From an uncultured delta proteobacterium (GTDB lineage: Bacteria; Myxococcota_A; Polyangia; Polyangiales; Polyangiaceae): a stretch of 64,000 nucleotides of DNA. The position numbers and the translations under genes were made by a program. Positions 42,523 to 52,039 of the stretch are shown here, piece after piece. Under the pieces are notes generated by a model that did no database searches, was not told the DNA's origin, and was given only the letters and a program-made list of their open reading frames with translations. The stretch is from the NCBI GenBank assembly GCA_963850305.1, contig CAWKKR010000001.1:736001-800000 (forward strand). The letters are read 5' to 3'. How positions within the stretch are numbered: the first letter of the stretch is position 1; the number at the start of each line of letters is the position of its first letter.

Positions 42523-44133
42523 GTGATGGGCACGCGGGTCAGACGGTGGGCGGCGCTCGTTCGGTCGGCCGAGGGAGCCGCACTTGCGATCACGCTCATC
42601 GCGCTCGCGCTCCGGCTGATCCGAATTGGGCCCGTGTGGGGTAGCTCCGACGCCGCCGATCTTCCACGGCAGGTAAGCCACCTGGTGTGTCGACCCGGCG
42701 GATTCTTCCACGCGATTCGCGAGGCCGCGCTTTACCGGTTGGGCGGCGTGGAGCCTCTTCTTCTCTTTCTTCAGATGAGCGCGATGCACGCGCTCCATCT
42801 CCGAGTGACCGAGCTCGGCTGGACGCTTCTCGACCTCCTCGCCGGGACCGGAGCTGTCTACCTGGCCTTCCTGCTCGTGCGCGAGTTCGGCGGAGTCGGA
42901 GCGGGGATCGCCGCAGCTTGCCTTTTCGCGGTGTGCCCGACTCACGTCATGGAAAGCCGGCACCTGGCGGCGCCCTGGATGTACGAGCAAAGTCTGCAGC
43001 TGTTTCTCGTCTACTCGCTCGTCCGGCTGGCGAACGCCCCCACTCGCGCGCTGAGGGTCGCGTTTCACGTCGCGCTCGCGACGTACTTCTGGGCGGGCAA
43101 CCAGATGCTCGGCATTCTACCGGTGCTCGCGTACGGCTTCGTCGCAGCCGCCGTCGAGCGCGACCGCAGCGAGAAGGCGGTGCGATTCCTTTCCCGTCGC
43201 TACGGCGGACCGTCTGCTCTCTTCCCCGCCATCTCGGCACTGGTTCTGCTCTACGCGACGTTCGTGCTCCACGAGGGGCATCTGGCCCACGCGTTGTTCG
43301 ACAAGCGGCACCGTGTCGGCTTTTACTTCGATCACTGGCTCGGCGACGTGTCCTCGGACATCGGCCCGGCGGTGACCTGGTTCGGTCTCGCATCGGTGCT
43401 CGTGGCGTCGGCGATTGCACGTCGGCTCTTCACGAAGGAGCGGCTCCTCGTGGTCCTGTTCGTCTGTTACGCGGGCCCGTTCTGGTCCTTCGTGCCACCG
43501 GGTAGCACGTTGACCCGCGGCTACGTCGTCTACGGCATCGGAGCGCTGTTGCTGGTGCTTGCGTCGTCACCGTGGGCGAGCGAGTCGCGGTCATGGGCGC
43601 GGTACGCGCTGCCGGGGTTCTCGGCCCTCGTCCTCCTCGCAGGCACGGGACAAGCCGTGTACGAGCTCTATTCGCTACCGATCCTCTCGGCCAAGGGTTT
43701 CCAGGGTAGCTATTCGCCAGACAATGGCGTGAAAGCCGCGGCGCTCTGGATCCGGAATCGGCCGCCGTCGAAAGGCTTCGTTTTCTCCGACGCCGCCGGA
43801 GGCGGAGGACTCGAGCCCCCACTGGTCGAGCTGTATTTTCAGCGACCGTACCTCGCGATGTACGACGCGGTCCCGGCAAATCGCCCCTACGTGCACTTCA
43901 AGTCGCGCGCCGCCGACATCGATTATCTCCTCGTTCTGCCGCAAAATCGTCCCCTCGTGCACCGATACTTCCGCGACGAGTTCGTCCCGGCCGTTCGCAT
44001 CACCGACGGGATGTTCGGCGAACGTTTACTCGTCTATGCGCGCAAGGGAACCGTCGGCGCGATGACGACGCTCGACGTCGCCGGCGCCGATCCGGCCTTC
44101 GACGCGAAATACTCGCTGCTCTGCGGGACCTGA
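42523..44133 (+). CDS. GT-C fold (ArnT/PMT-like) membrane glycosyltransferase
   Basis: multi-TM; AVYLAFLLVREFGG..GIAAACLFAVCPTHVMESR pattern. Confidence 0.65.
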   Translation: MMGTRVRRWAALVRSAEGAALAITLIALALRLIRIGPVWGSSDAADLPRQVSHLVCRPGGFFHAIREAALYRLGGVEPLLLFLQMSAMHALHLRVTELGWTLLDLLAGTGAVYLAFLLVREFGGVGAGIAAACLFAVCPTHVMESRHLAAPWMYEQSLQLFLVYSLVRLANAPTRALRVAFHVALATYFWAGNQMLGILPVLAYGFVAAAVERDRSEKAVRFLSRRYGGPSALFPAISALVLLYATFVLHEGHLAHALFDKRHRVGFYFDHWLGDVSSDIGPAVTWFGLASVLVASAIARRLFTKERLLVVLFVCYAGPFWSFVPPGSTLTRGYVVYGIGALLLVLASSPWASESRSWARYALPGFSALVLLAGTGQAVYELYSLPILSAKGFQGSYSPDNGVKAAALWIRNRPPSKGFVFSDAAGGGGLEPPLVELYFQRPYLAMYDAVPANRPYVHFKSRAADIDYLLVLPQNRPLVHRYFRDEFVPAVRITDGMFGERLLVYARKGTVGAMTTLDVAGADPAFDAKYSLLCGT

Positions 44134-44152
44134 CGGACCCGGCGCGCCGGCG

Positions 44153-45478
44153 TCACGAGAAGTGCCGGGTGATCACGTCGATGACCTGCCCGTAATCCGG
44201 GGGCAGATAGACGGGCGGATTCCCAAACCGCGCGTCAATGCCGTCGAGCGCATGCTCGTGGTAGCGAACCTTGAACTCCGTGAACTTCAACCCGTTCGCC
44301 GTCGAAATGCAGACGACCCTCTCCTCGGGCTTGATTGTGCCCTTCGCCACGAGTTTCTCGATGACGGCGAGCGCAACGGCGGTGTGCGGGCAGGTGTACA
44401 TCCCGGTCCGGTCGGCTCGGGCCGCAGCGTCCGCGAGTTCTTGCTCGCTCGCTTGCTCGACGACGCCGTTCATCGCTTCCAGGGCGCGCATTGCCCGCGG
44501 CGCACTGACCGGGTTGCCGATCTGGATCGCGCTCGCGAGCGTCGGCTTGGCCACGATGGCCTCGACCTCTCGCTGTCCGGCGGACCAGGCCCTGTAGAGC
44601 GGGTTGGCGTTCTCCGCCTGGGCCACCGCGAGCCGCGGGTATCGGCTGATGATGCCGAGGTCCCGCATCATCTTGAACCCCGCGAACAGCGCCGACGCAT
44701 TACCCAGGTTGCCGCTCGGTATGACCACCCAGTCCGGTACTTCCCAGTCGAACTGTTGCACGATCTCGATGCCGACCGTCTTTTGACCTTCGATGCGCAA
44801 CGGGTTCATCGAGTTCGCGAGATAGATCAGGCCCTCTTCGGCGAGCCGCTGGACAATCGCCATGCATCCGTCGAAATCCGTATCGAGCCCGAGAACGAGC
44901 GCGCCGTTCGCGAGCGGCTGGACGAGCTGCCCGGTGCTGATCTTGCCACGAGGCAGGAGCACCACGACCGGCAGACCCGCTGCAGCACCATAGGCAGCCA
45001 GGGACGCGCTGGTGTCCCCCGTCGACGCGCAACAGAGCGCTTTGACCTTGAGGCCCCGCTCGATCGCGAGGCGCGCGACGCTCACGAGGACCGTCATGCC
45101 GAGATCCTTGAAGGACCCGCTGTGACTGTTGCCACAGAGCTTCACCCACAGATCGGGGAGCCCTATTTGCTTGCCGTGGCGCTCGGCCCAGAAAAGATTC
45201 GTCCCCCCCTCGTCCATCGAGACGATGAGTTCGTCGGGAACGGCGGGCATCACCCACTCGCGCTTCCCCCAGACCCCTGACCCGTAAGGCCAGGCCGTGC
45301 CCTTGTACCGCTCCTCGAACACCTTCATCCAGGCGGCGCCGCTCCGGTCGCGAAGGGCGTCGATGTCGTGGGTGACTTCGAGAAGCCCGCCGCACTTCGG
45401 ACAGCGATAGATCGGCTCAGTCACATTCCAGGAGCCCTCGTGACCGGCCAGGCAGGTGAAGCGACACGTGTACTGCAC
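44153..45478 (-). CDS. thrC: threonine synthase
   Basis: [16 protein letters not shown] (PLP Lys), [30 protein letters not shown]. Confidence 0.95.
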   Translation of the reverse strand: MQYTCRFTCLAGHEGSWNVTEPIYRCPKCGGLLEVTHDIDALRDRSGAAWMKVFEERYKGTAWPYGSGVWGKREWVMPAVPDELIVSMDEGGTNLFWAERHGKQIGLPDLWVKLCGNSHSGSFKDLGMTVLVSVARLAIERGLKVKALCCASTGDTSASLAAYGAAAGLPVVVLLPRGKISTGQLVQPLANGALVLGLDTDFDGCMAIVQRLAEEGLIYLANSMNPLRIEGQKTVGIEIVQQFDWEVPDWVVIPSGNLGNASALFAGFKMMRDLGIISRYPRLAVAQAENANPLYRAWSAGQREVEAIVAKPTLASAIQIGNPVSAPRAMRALEAMNGVVEQASEQELADAAARADRTGMYTCPHTAVALAVIEKLVAKGTIKPEERVVCISTANGLKFTEFKVRYHEHALDGIDARFGNPPVYLPPDYGQVIDVITRHFS

Positions 45479-45555
45479 GTCGCCACTATAACAAGGAAGC
45501 GCGATGGAGGGCTGAGCGTGCGGTCCTCCATGCCGCCGCGATCATTTGCTCTCGT

Positions 45556-46677
45556 TTGCGGCCAGAGCGCGCTACCGTGCGCGCCGTGAGCGGACCCTGG
45601 GCGCTCGTCCTGACCCCATCGGGCGGCGATCCGGCTCGCCGGGTCGGCGGTCTTTCGATCGCGCTTCGGCTGGCGCTCGACGCGGCGCGGGCCGGCGCCA
45701 TCGCGGTCGTCCTCGACGCCGGCAGCGGCGTGTCGCGGCAGGTGCTGTCGGACCCTCGACTGAAGATCCCCGTCCTCGACGCGGTGCCCGAGGACGTGCG
45801 CAGCGTCTCCGCGGGGGCGAGCATCATCTTTCATCGCGATGTGTTCAAGGCGGCCGCAGCGAACCGCGGAAACGTGGCGCTCACGCTCGACACCCCCAAG
45901 GGCCCGGCCGCGTACGCATTCTCGCCCATCGACGTCGCGGACGGGGAAAGTGCCGCACGCGCGGAGGCGGAGCTCTTTCGATCGCTCCGAAAGCCGCAGG
46001 ACGGCTGGACGTCCCGCCATCTCAACCGATACATCTCGCTCTCGCTCTCGCGATGGTTGGTCAGGACGCCGCTCTCGCCGAATCAGGTGTCGGTCGGCAT
46101 TCTCGCGATCGGCCTGCTCGGCGCGTGGCTCGCATCTCGCGGCACTTACGGCACGATGCTGCTCGGCGCGTTTCTATTTCAAGCCCAGAGCGTTCTCGAC
46201 GGGTGCGACGGCGAGATGAGCCGGGTGACCTACCGGGGTTCGCTCCTCGGCGAGTGGCTCGACACAATCGGCGACGATCTCACGAACTACGGCTTCTTCG
46301 CGGGGACGTCGCTCGGTCTTCACGCGGCGACCGGCAGCGAGCTCTATCTCGCGGCCGGCGCGGTCACCGTAGGTTGCGGGGTCACCGCGAGTCTCGTGGA
46401 ATACCGGTACCTCGTGAAGATCGGCTCCGGGGATCTGCTCCGCTATCCGACGAGCCAGGTGGCCTCGCAGGGCAAAGGCTTCTTCGCGATCATCGCGCCG
46501 CTCTTCAAACGCGACACGTTCGTGTTGCTGACCCTCGTGGCGGCGCTCTTCGACCTCCTCGGGCCGATGCTCGTCGTGTTCGCGTTCGCCGCGGTGGGCA
46601 TCCTCGTCAACGTCTTCATCGCCGAGGCGCAAATGGCGCGCGGCCGGCGGGCTCCCGGGTCGTCGTCCCGGTCATGA
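45556..46677 (+). CDS. CDP-alcohol phosphatidyltransferase family protein with N-terminal extension
   Basis: SPNQVS, LDGCDGEMSR..S..GEWLDTIGD motif. Confidence 0.9.
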   Translation: MRPERATVRAVSGPWALVLTPSGGDPARRVGGLSIALRLALDAARAGAIAVVLDAGSGVSRQVLSDPRLKIPVLDAVPEDVRSVSAGASIIFHRDVFKAAAANRGNVALTLDTPKGPAAYAFSPIDVADGESAARAEAELFRSLRKPQDGWTSRHLNRYISLSLSRWLVRTPLSPNQVSVGILAIGLLGAWLASRGTYGTMLLGAFLFQAQSVLDGCDGEMSRVTYRGSLLGEWLDTIGDDLTNYGFFAGTSLGLHAATGSELYLAAGAVTVGCGVTASLVEYRYLVKIGSGDLLRYPTSQVASQGKGFFAIIAPLFKRDTFVLLTLVAALFDLLGPMLVVFAFAAVGILVNVFIAEAQMARGRRAPGSSSRS

Positions 46678-48196
46678 ATTCTCGCGGCGGAAGGGCGGCC
46701 GCTCTCGCGACGGCCACCGGTCTGGCGATGCTCGGGAACGACGCTCAGGGCGCGGGCCCACTCGGCCCGGATGGCGCGCCGATCCGCACGAGCAGTTACA
46801 GCGTGGACCTCACGCAGACACCCGTGCTCGCCAGCTCGCGCGTCACCGGCCTGGCAGGAGCCTACGTCGCGATCGCCGAAGGGATCGACGGCGACACGCA
46901 GACGCCAGTGGCGCCCGCCGTTCGAACCCCGAATTCGCTGGAGCACTTCGACTACGAGCTCGGTCTCGGCTTGACGCTGCCGGCAACGCTCACGTCGACG
47001 GACTTTTTCAACACCGGGCACCAGCGCACGGTGCTGAGCAACGCCAAGCAACAACGCTTCGTCTTCCTCACGCCCGCGCTGAATCTCGCATGGGGGACAT
47101 TCGGGCTGGGCGCGACGGCGGAAATCTCGAACTACTCTCTGGCGCGCCGCACCGGGGACGAGAACGCCATCAACGACGACCTCTCCACCATCTTCGTGAT
47201 CGGTCACGTGCAGGCGGCGAACGCGTTCGCGCACGGCCAGTTCGTCGGCGGCGTGGGCCTGCGCGTCGTGGGCCTGAACGTGACCGATCCCCAGGCCCCT
47301 GCGAGCGCGACGAATCTCTTCGCGACGCTCGGCGCCGGAGTCGAGCTCGGTGCGCTGTGGATGCCAATGCGATTGCCGTTTCGCATCGGCGCCGCTTTTC
47401 GGTCCGGCGTGTCGAATACTCCGGCGCCCAAGAGCCCCTTCGCTCTCGATGCGCAGGGCGATCGCGTCGTGGGCAATCCATCCGATCCAGTCAACGCATT
47501 CTGGCTCCCGAACCAGATCAATCAAGCGTGGGACCTGAACGTCGGCGCGGCGGTTCAACTCGGTCCGCGCCCGATGAACCCGGAGTGGATCGACCCCGAG
47601 ATCGAGGAGACCGAAGAACGAACGGTCGAGGACGCCCGGTCGGACGCGCGCGCGAGAAGGCGCGCCATCGACTACGGCGATGGGAGTGGCGAAGGGCTGA
47701 TCGAGCGCGCCGTGGGCGCAGCCGAAGACTCCCTGGTCGACGCTGACCGGGCCGAGGCCGAGCGAAGGCTCGAGCAAGTGCGGCACGACGCGCGGCGCGC
47801 CGCAGCCCGCAGGCGCGACGCTCTACCGCGACGCTACTTCCTCGTTTCGGCATCGTTGCTGGTCACCGGCCCGCTCGCGAACGCGGTGGGCGTCGAGTCC
47901 TTTCTGGAGCGCGTCGTAGCGCGCTCCGGGGGCTCGGCCACCTTCTCGCCGCGACTCGGTGTCGAAACGGAGATGGTTCCCAATTTCATCAGGGTCCGCG
48001 CCGGGACCTACGAGGAACCCTCTCGATTCGCGACGAGCTCGAGCAGACTCCACGGGACACTGGGCTTCGACGTCAAAGTCCTCCCCTGGACGGTCTTCGG
48101 GCTCTTCGACCCGGACTCCGAGTGGCGCCTCACGACTTCGGGGGACGTCGCCGCGCGGTACTTCGGCTGGGGCGTGAGCATCGGGATTGGCACTGA
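46674..48196 (+). CDS. secreted/outer-membrane beta-barrel-like protein
   Basis: ATGA-coupled start, signal peptide, SRVTGLAGAYVAIAEG, amphipathic beta strands; likely ends ..SIGIWH* at 48196 if one T is missing. Confidence 0.65.
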
Positions 48197-48226
48197 TCGA
48201 CTGGCCCGGGGTAGAGTCCGAAGGTT

Positions 48227-50899
48227 ATGGGCGGGCCTCTCGACCACTCCCTGCTCCGCCAAGTCGAGGAGCTCATCGAGCACGACGACATGGCAGAGGC
48301 ACAGCGCGTCCTGGGCTCGCTCGGCGACCGACGTGAGTTTGCCGACGGGGTGGCGTACCTGTCGACCCGGATTCTCTACGCTCGCGGCCGACTCGACCTG
48401 ACTGGCGTCACGGATCGACTCCAGGACCTGCTCTCGCGATCCCCTCGGTTTCCGGAGGCTGCCGCGTTCCTGTCACGCGCGCTCGCCGGAATGTTGCCTC
48501 CGCCGACGGCCGTCTCCGCGGCGCCCAGCGCGCCCACGGCGGCGCCGGGCAGGATGTCTTCGGCACCGAACGCGGCGTCGCCACCTCCGAGACCTCCGTC
48601 AGGTCCGCAGGCGGGGCACTCGACGGCTCCCATGGGTTCCCAGGTCCATCCCGTCATATCGGCGCCACCTACGGTGCGCGCGTCGCCGCGAGCTCCGGGG
48701 CCGAAGCGGGAAGCCGACAATCATTTCCCCACCGAGCCGCTCGGCCATTCGCACTCGAGCCCCGAACGGATGCCGCCCGGCGATACCGAAAGCGACATCA
48801 AGCCCGAGGTTCGTTCGCGGCAGTTCTCGCCGATTTCCGGACTCGAGCCTTTCACCAGCCCGCAGGCGACGACCTCCAGACCGCCAGACCCCGCGCGTAG
48901 CAAGATCCCGGACATCCCTCGCGCGCCGGCCCTGCCGCAGTTCCGTGACAACAGCTCTCCACCGAGCTACGCGCCGCACGGAGCCGAGCCCGAATACCGG
49001 CCCCCGAAGAGCCTCCTGCCCAGAAACGCAGGGCGATACAGCGAAGCGCCGTCGGCCGCCGATATCGTCGGACCGCGACGGGCGCGCGCGAGCCATCCCC
49101 CACCCTCGAATCCGCCGGTCTCCGACCGCAGGGGTCGCGAAACGGTGCGCGGGACTCCACACCGCATTCGTTCGGGGATCCCGCCGCGGGATTCGACGAA
49201 CCTGCCCACACTGTTCGAGATCGCGTCGTGGATCGACGAAGGGCGCCATCGGGACGCCATTGCGGCAGTGAACCGCGCGGGACCCGACGCCGGGCTCGAA
49301 TACGCGGTGCTTCGCGCGCGTGCTCTCGCCGGCGCGGGTTACATGGACCAGGCTCTCGACGCTCTGGAGAAGATCGAAGCCGCCCCGCGGCTGGATCCGG
49401 AGCTGCGAGCGGCGTGCGCGCGCTTGTACGTGGAGCTCGGCGATCCGTCGCACGCCTTGCGGCTCGCGCGGGCGGCGGTCGAAGGCGCCCCGGATCGCCC
49501 GCTCGTTCGACTCACGTACGCGCTCGCTGCCGTGCGTCTCGCGCGACGAAAACCGGACGAGGCGCTGCTGGAAGAGGCCGACCGCGCGATCGAGCTACTG
49601 AGGGGCCGCGAAGGTCCGCTTCCGGCGCTGCTCCAGGCACTGAAAGCCTGCGTGCAGGCGGGCAGCGGGGACCCGGAGCGGGCCATCGGGCTCGCACAGC
49701 GCGCCCTCGGGCTCGATCCGAAATCGCCGGACGCGCTCGCCGCCGTCGCGGAAGCTTCCGCGCGGCTGGGCCGCGTCGTCGACGCACGTCACGCGTGGGA
49801 GCGTCTCTCGACAGTGGCCCCGGAGGAGGCCGATGCGGTGGCGCCACTCCTCGCGCGCGCCGGGGTCTCGATTGCCGGTCACGGTACGACGGCTGACGTG
49901 TCCCACCATGCTGGCTTCTGGGAGCCCGCCGAGATCGAGATCGGCGCAGGACGCCGCACGGGCGCCATCGCCGTCGTGGAGCAGGCGGCTCACGACATCG
50001 TGCGCCGGATCATCCGACCCGCGTCGCAGAGCGGGCTCACCGGGATCGCATCCGTGGCCGCCAGCTTCCTGACGTCCACGCAGGTGCTCTCGACGTTCGC
50101 GCCGTACGACATGTCGCTGTGGAGTATCGAGCGACTCGATGCGGCGCTCGACGTCCTTTACGGGGGAGACCTTCGCCCGCGCGTGAGGACGGACGAAGCC
50201 GGGCTCGTCTTGCTCCTCGGTGCTTACCTCGGAGAGTCGCTCCGGCTGGCTCACGGCGGGCACTGGAACGGGAAGGTCTCGGAGCTCGACAGCGCCAGGC
50301 TCATCGCCGGCGAACGGACCTCGTACCCCTTCCGCATCCTGTCCGCGCGCGTTCACCAAGGGCGCCGCGCGAAGCTCGCGGACACGCTCGGGGACGCGCT
50401 CTCGAAGCATCATTTCCCTCCCTGGCGCACCCGCATTCCGAATCCGGTCGCGCCGCCATCGCCGTGGGGTCCGACGACGTGGCCCAAGCCGAGTCAGATT
50501 GCGGCGCTCGGTCGGTCCGTGTCGAAATCACCCATCGGCAGGTACTGCGAAGAGCTGGCAGAGGGGCCGCTCGACAACACGACGTCGAGTCTGATCGCCC
50601 TGGACACGTACCTCGACCTCATTGCACCCCGTGACGCGGCAAGCGATCCCGACGCCGCGTGGACGCGCCGCATCTCGGTCCTCGTGGGCGGCTACCTGGG
50701 GGAGACCATCCGGGAACTGGTGGGCGGCGAGTGGATCTACGGCGTCGACACGGCGACCGACGCGCACGCGTTCAAGCTCGAGCTCAAGGGCACGGTCGAG
50801 GCCATGCCCGTCGCGCACGTGCTCGAACGCGTCATCGGCGAGCGTTCGTCGACCATGGTCGATTACGCGAAGACCCTGGTGCGGCGCGCGGGCCGCTGA
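48227..50899 (+). CDS. Pro-rich/TPR protein with two DUF3806-like C-terminal domains
   Basis: TPR helices; LGAYLGESLR..GGHW and VGGYLGETIR..GGEW repeats. Confidence 0.75.
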   Translation: MGGPLDHSLLRQVEELIEHDDMAEAQRVLGSLGDRREFADGVAYLSTRILYARGRLDLTGVTDRLQDLLSRSPRFPEAAAFLSRALAGMLPPPTAVSAAPSAPTAAPGRMSSAPNAASPPPRPPSGPQAGHSTAPMGSQVHPVISAPPTVRASPRAPGPKREADNHFPTEPLGHSHSSPERMPPGDTESDIKPEVRSRQFSPISGLEPFTSPQATTSRPPDPARSKIPDIPRAPALPQFRDNSSPPSYAPHGAEPEYRPPKSLLPRNAGRYSEAPSAADIVGPRRARASHPPPSNPPVSDRRGRETVRGTPHRIRSGIPPRDSTNLPTLFEIASWIDEGRHRDAIAAVNRAGPDAGLEYAVLRARALAGAGYMDQALDALEKIEAAPRLDPELRAACARLYVELGDPSHALRLARAAVEGAPDRPLVRLTYALAAVRLARRKPDEALLEEADRAIELLRGREGPLPALLQALKACVQAGSGDPERAIGLAQRALGLDPKSPDALAAVAEASARLGRVVDARHAWERLSTVAPEEADAVAPLLARAGVSIAGHGTTADVSHHAGFWEPAEIEIGAGRRTGAIAVVEQAAHDIVRRIIRPASQSGLTGIASVAASFLTSTQVLSTFAPYDMSLWSIERLDAALDVLYGGDLRPRVRTDEAGLVLLLGAYLGESLRLAHGGHWNGKVSELDSARLIAGERTSYPFRILSARVHQGRRAKLADTLGDALSKHHFPPWRTRIPNPVAPPSPWGPTTWPKPSQIAALGRSVSKSPIGRYCEELAEGPLDNTTSSLIALDTYLDLIAPRDAASDPDAAWTRRISVLVGGYLGETIRELVGGEWIYGVDTATDAHAFKLELKGTVEAMPVAHVLERVIGERSSTMVDYAKTLVRRAGR

Positions 50900-50957
50900 C
50901 CGACCCTGCCGGCGCCCGGCGGCGGAAAATCCCTCGACGGTCCCGCGAGACGGACGG

Positions 50958-52013
50958 TCAGACCTCACGCATCGCCGACAGGAGCGCCGCGATCTCCGCG
51001 TCCGTGCCGACGGTGATGCGGAGCCCATCATCGAGCAAGGGGCGATCGAAATAGCGGACCAGGATGCCGCGCTCCTTCAGGGAACGATAGGCGTCGCGGG
51101 CGCGTTCGGCGCTCCCGAGCCGCGCGAAGACGAAGTTCGCCGAGCTCGGCAGGACCTCGAGACCGAGCCCCGATAACCCCTTCGCCAGCGCGGCACGGGT
51201 GGCGCGGATCTTCGCGACGTTCGCGCGCATGAAGTCGCCGTCCCCGAGCGCGGCCGCGCCCGCGACCAGCGCGAGCCGGTCCAGGTTGTAGCTATCCTTC
51301 ACCTTCGCGATGCCGGAGACGAGCTCCGGCGCGCCGAACATCAGCCCCACGCGCATCCCGGCGAGGCTATAGCTCTTCGAGAACGTGCGAAGCACGAGCA
51401 CGTTCGGCAACGTGCGCGCGAGCTCCAGCGCGTTTCGATCGGCGAAGTCCGCGTAAGCCTCGTCCACGACGAGGAGCCCGCGAGGAAGACTGACGGCGAG
51501 CTCCGCGAGGGCCTCCGCGGGATACGACGTCCCGGACGGCGAGTTCGGGCTCGCGACGAACACTATCTTGGCGTCGGAGCCGTAGAGCTGCCGGGGCAAC
51601 GCGTAGTCGCGGTCGAACGGGAGGGCGCGCGCCACCGCGCCGGTCGCTTCCGCGAGCGTCTCGTAAAGGACGTACGTCGGGTACGGGTATTCGATCACGT
51701 CGCCCTCGTCGCAAATGGCGCGCATGATGAGCGCGAGGAGCTCGTCGGAGCCGTTCCCGGCGAGGATCCGTTCGACGGGGAGCCCCGTGACCGACGAAGC
51801 CGCGCGCCGCAGACCGAGGGCCGCGGGGTCGCTGTAAAGCCTGAGGCGCTCGCCGCCGCTCGCGAGCTCGGCGGCAATCGCTTCCGCGACTCTCGGACTC
51901 GGCGCGTAGGGGTTCTCGTTGGTGTTCAGCTTGATGACGCGGGACCCCGGCGCCGGCTGCTCACCGGGCACGTAACCGTGCATCTTCGCCACGTTCGCAC
52001 GAAAGAATGTCAT
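50958..52013 (-). CDS. hisC: histidinol-phosphate aminotransferase
   Basis: IKLNTNENPY, GNGSDEL, SPNSPSG, VVDEAY, RTFSKSYSLAGMRVG. Confidence 0.95.
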   Translation of the reverse strand: MTFFRANVAKMHGYVPGEQPAPGSRVIKLNTNENPYAPSPRVAEAIAAELASGGERLRLYSDPAALGLRRAASSVTGLPVERILAGNGSDELLALIMRAICDEGDVIEYPYPTYVLYETLAEATGAVARALPFDRDYALPRQLYGSDAKIVFVASPNSPSGTSYPAEALAELAVSLPRGLLVVDEAYADFADRNALELARTLPNVLVLRTFSKSYSLAGMRVGLMFGAPELVSGIAKVKDSYNLDRLALVAGAAALGDGDFMRANVAKIRATRAALAKGLSGLGLEVLPSSANFVFARLGSAERARDAYRSLKERGILVRYFDRPLLDDGLRITVGTDAEIAALLSAMREV

Positions 52014-52039
52014 GGGTTGGGCGGGGTGACGGGTTTGGT

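Noticed and set aside
45546..46673. N-terminal half of the 951-aa ORF
   Set aside because: Arg-rich off-frame shadow of the CDP-alcohol phosphotransferase; the real gene starts at 46674
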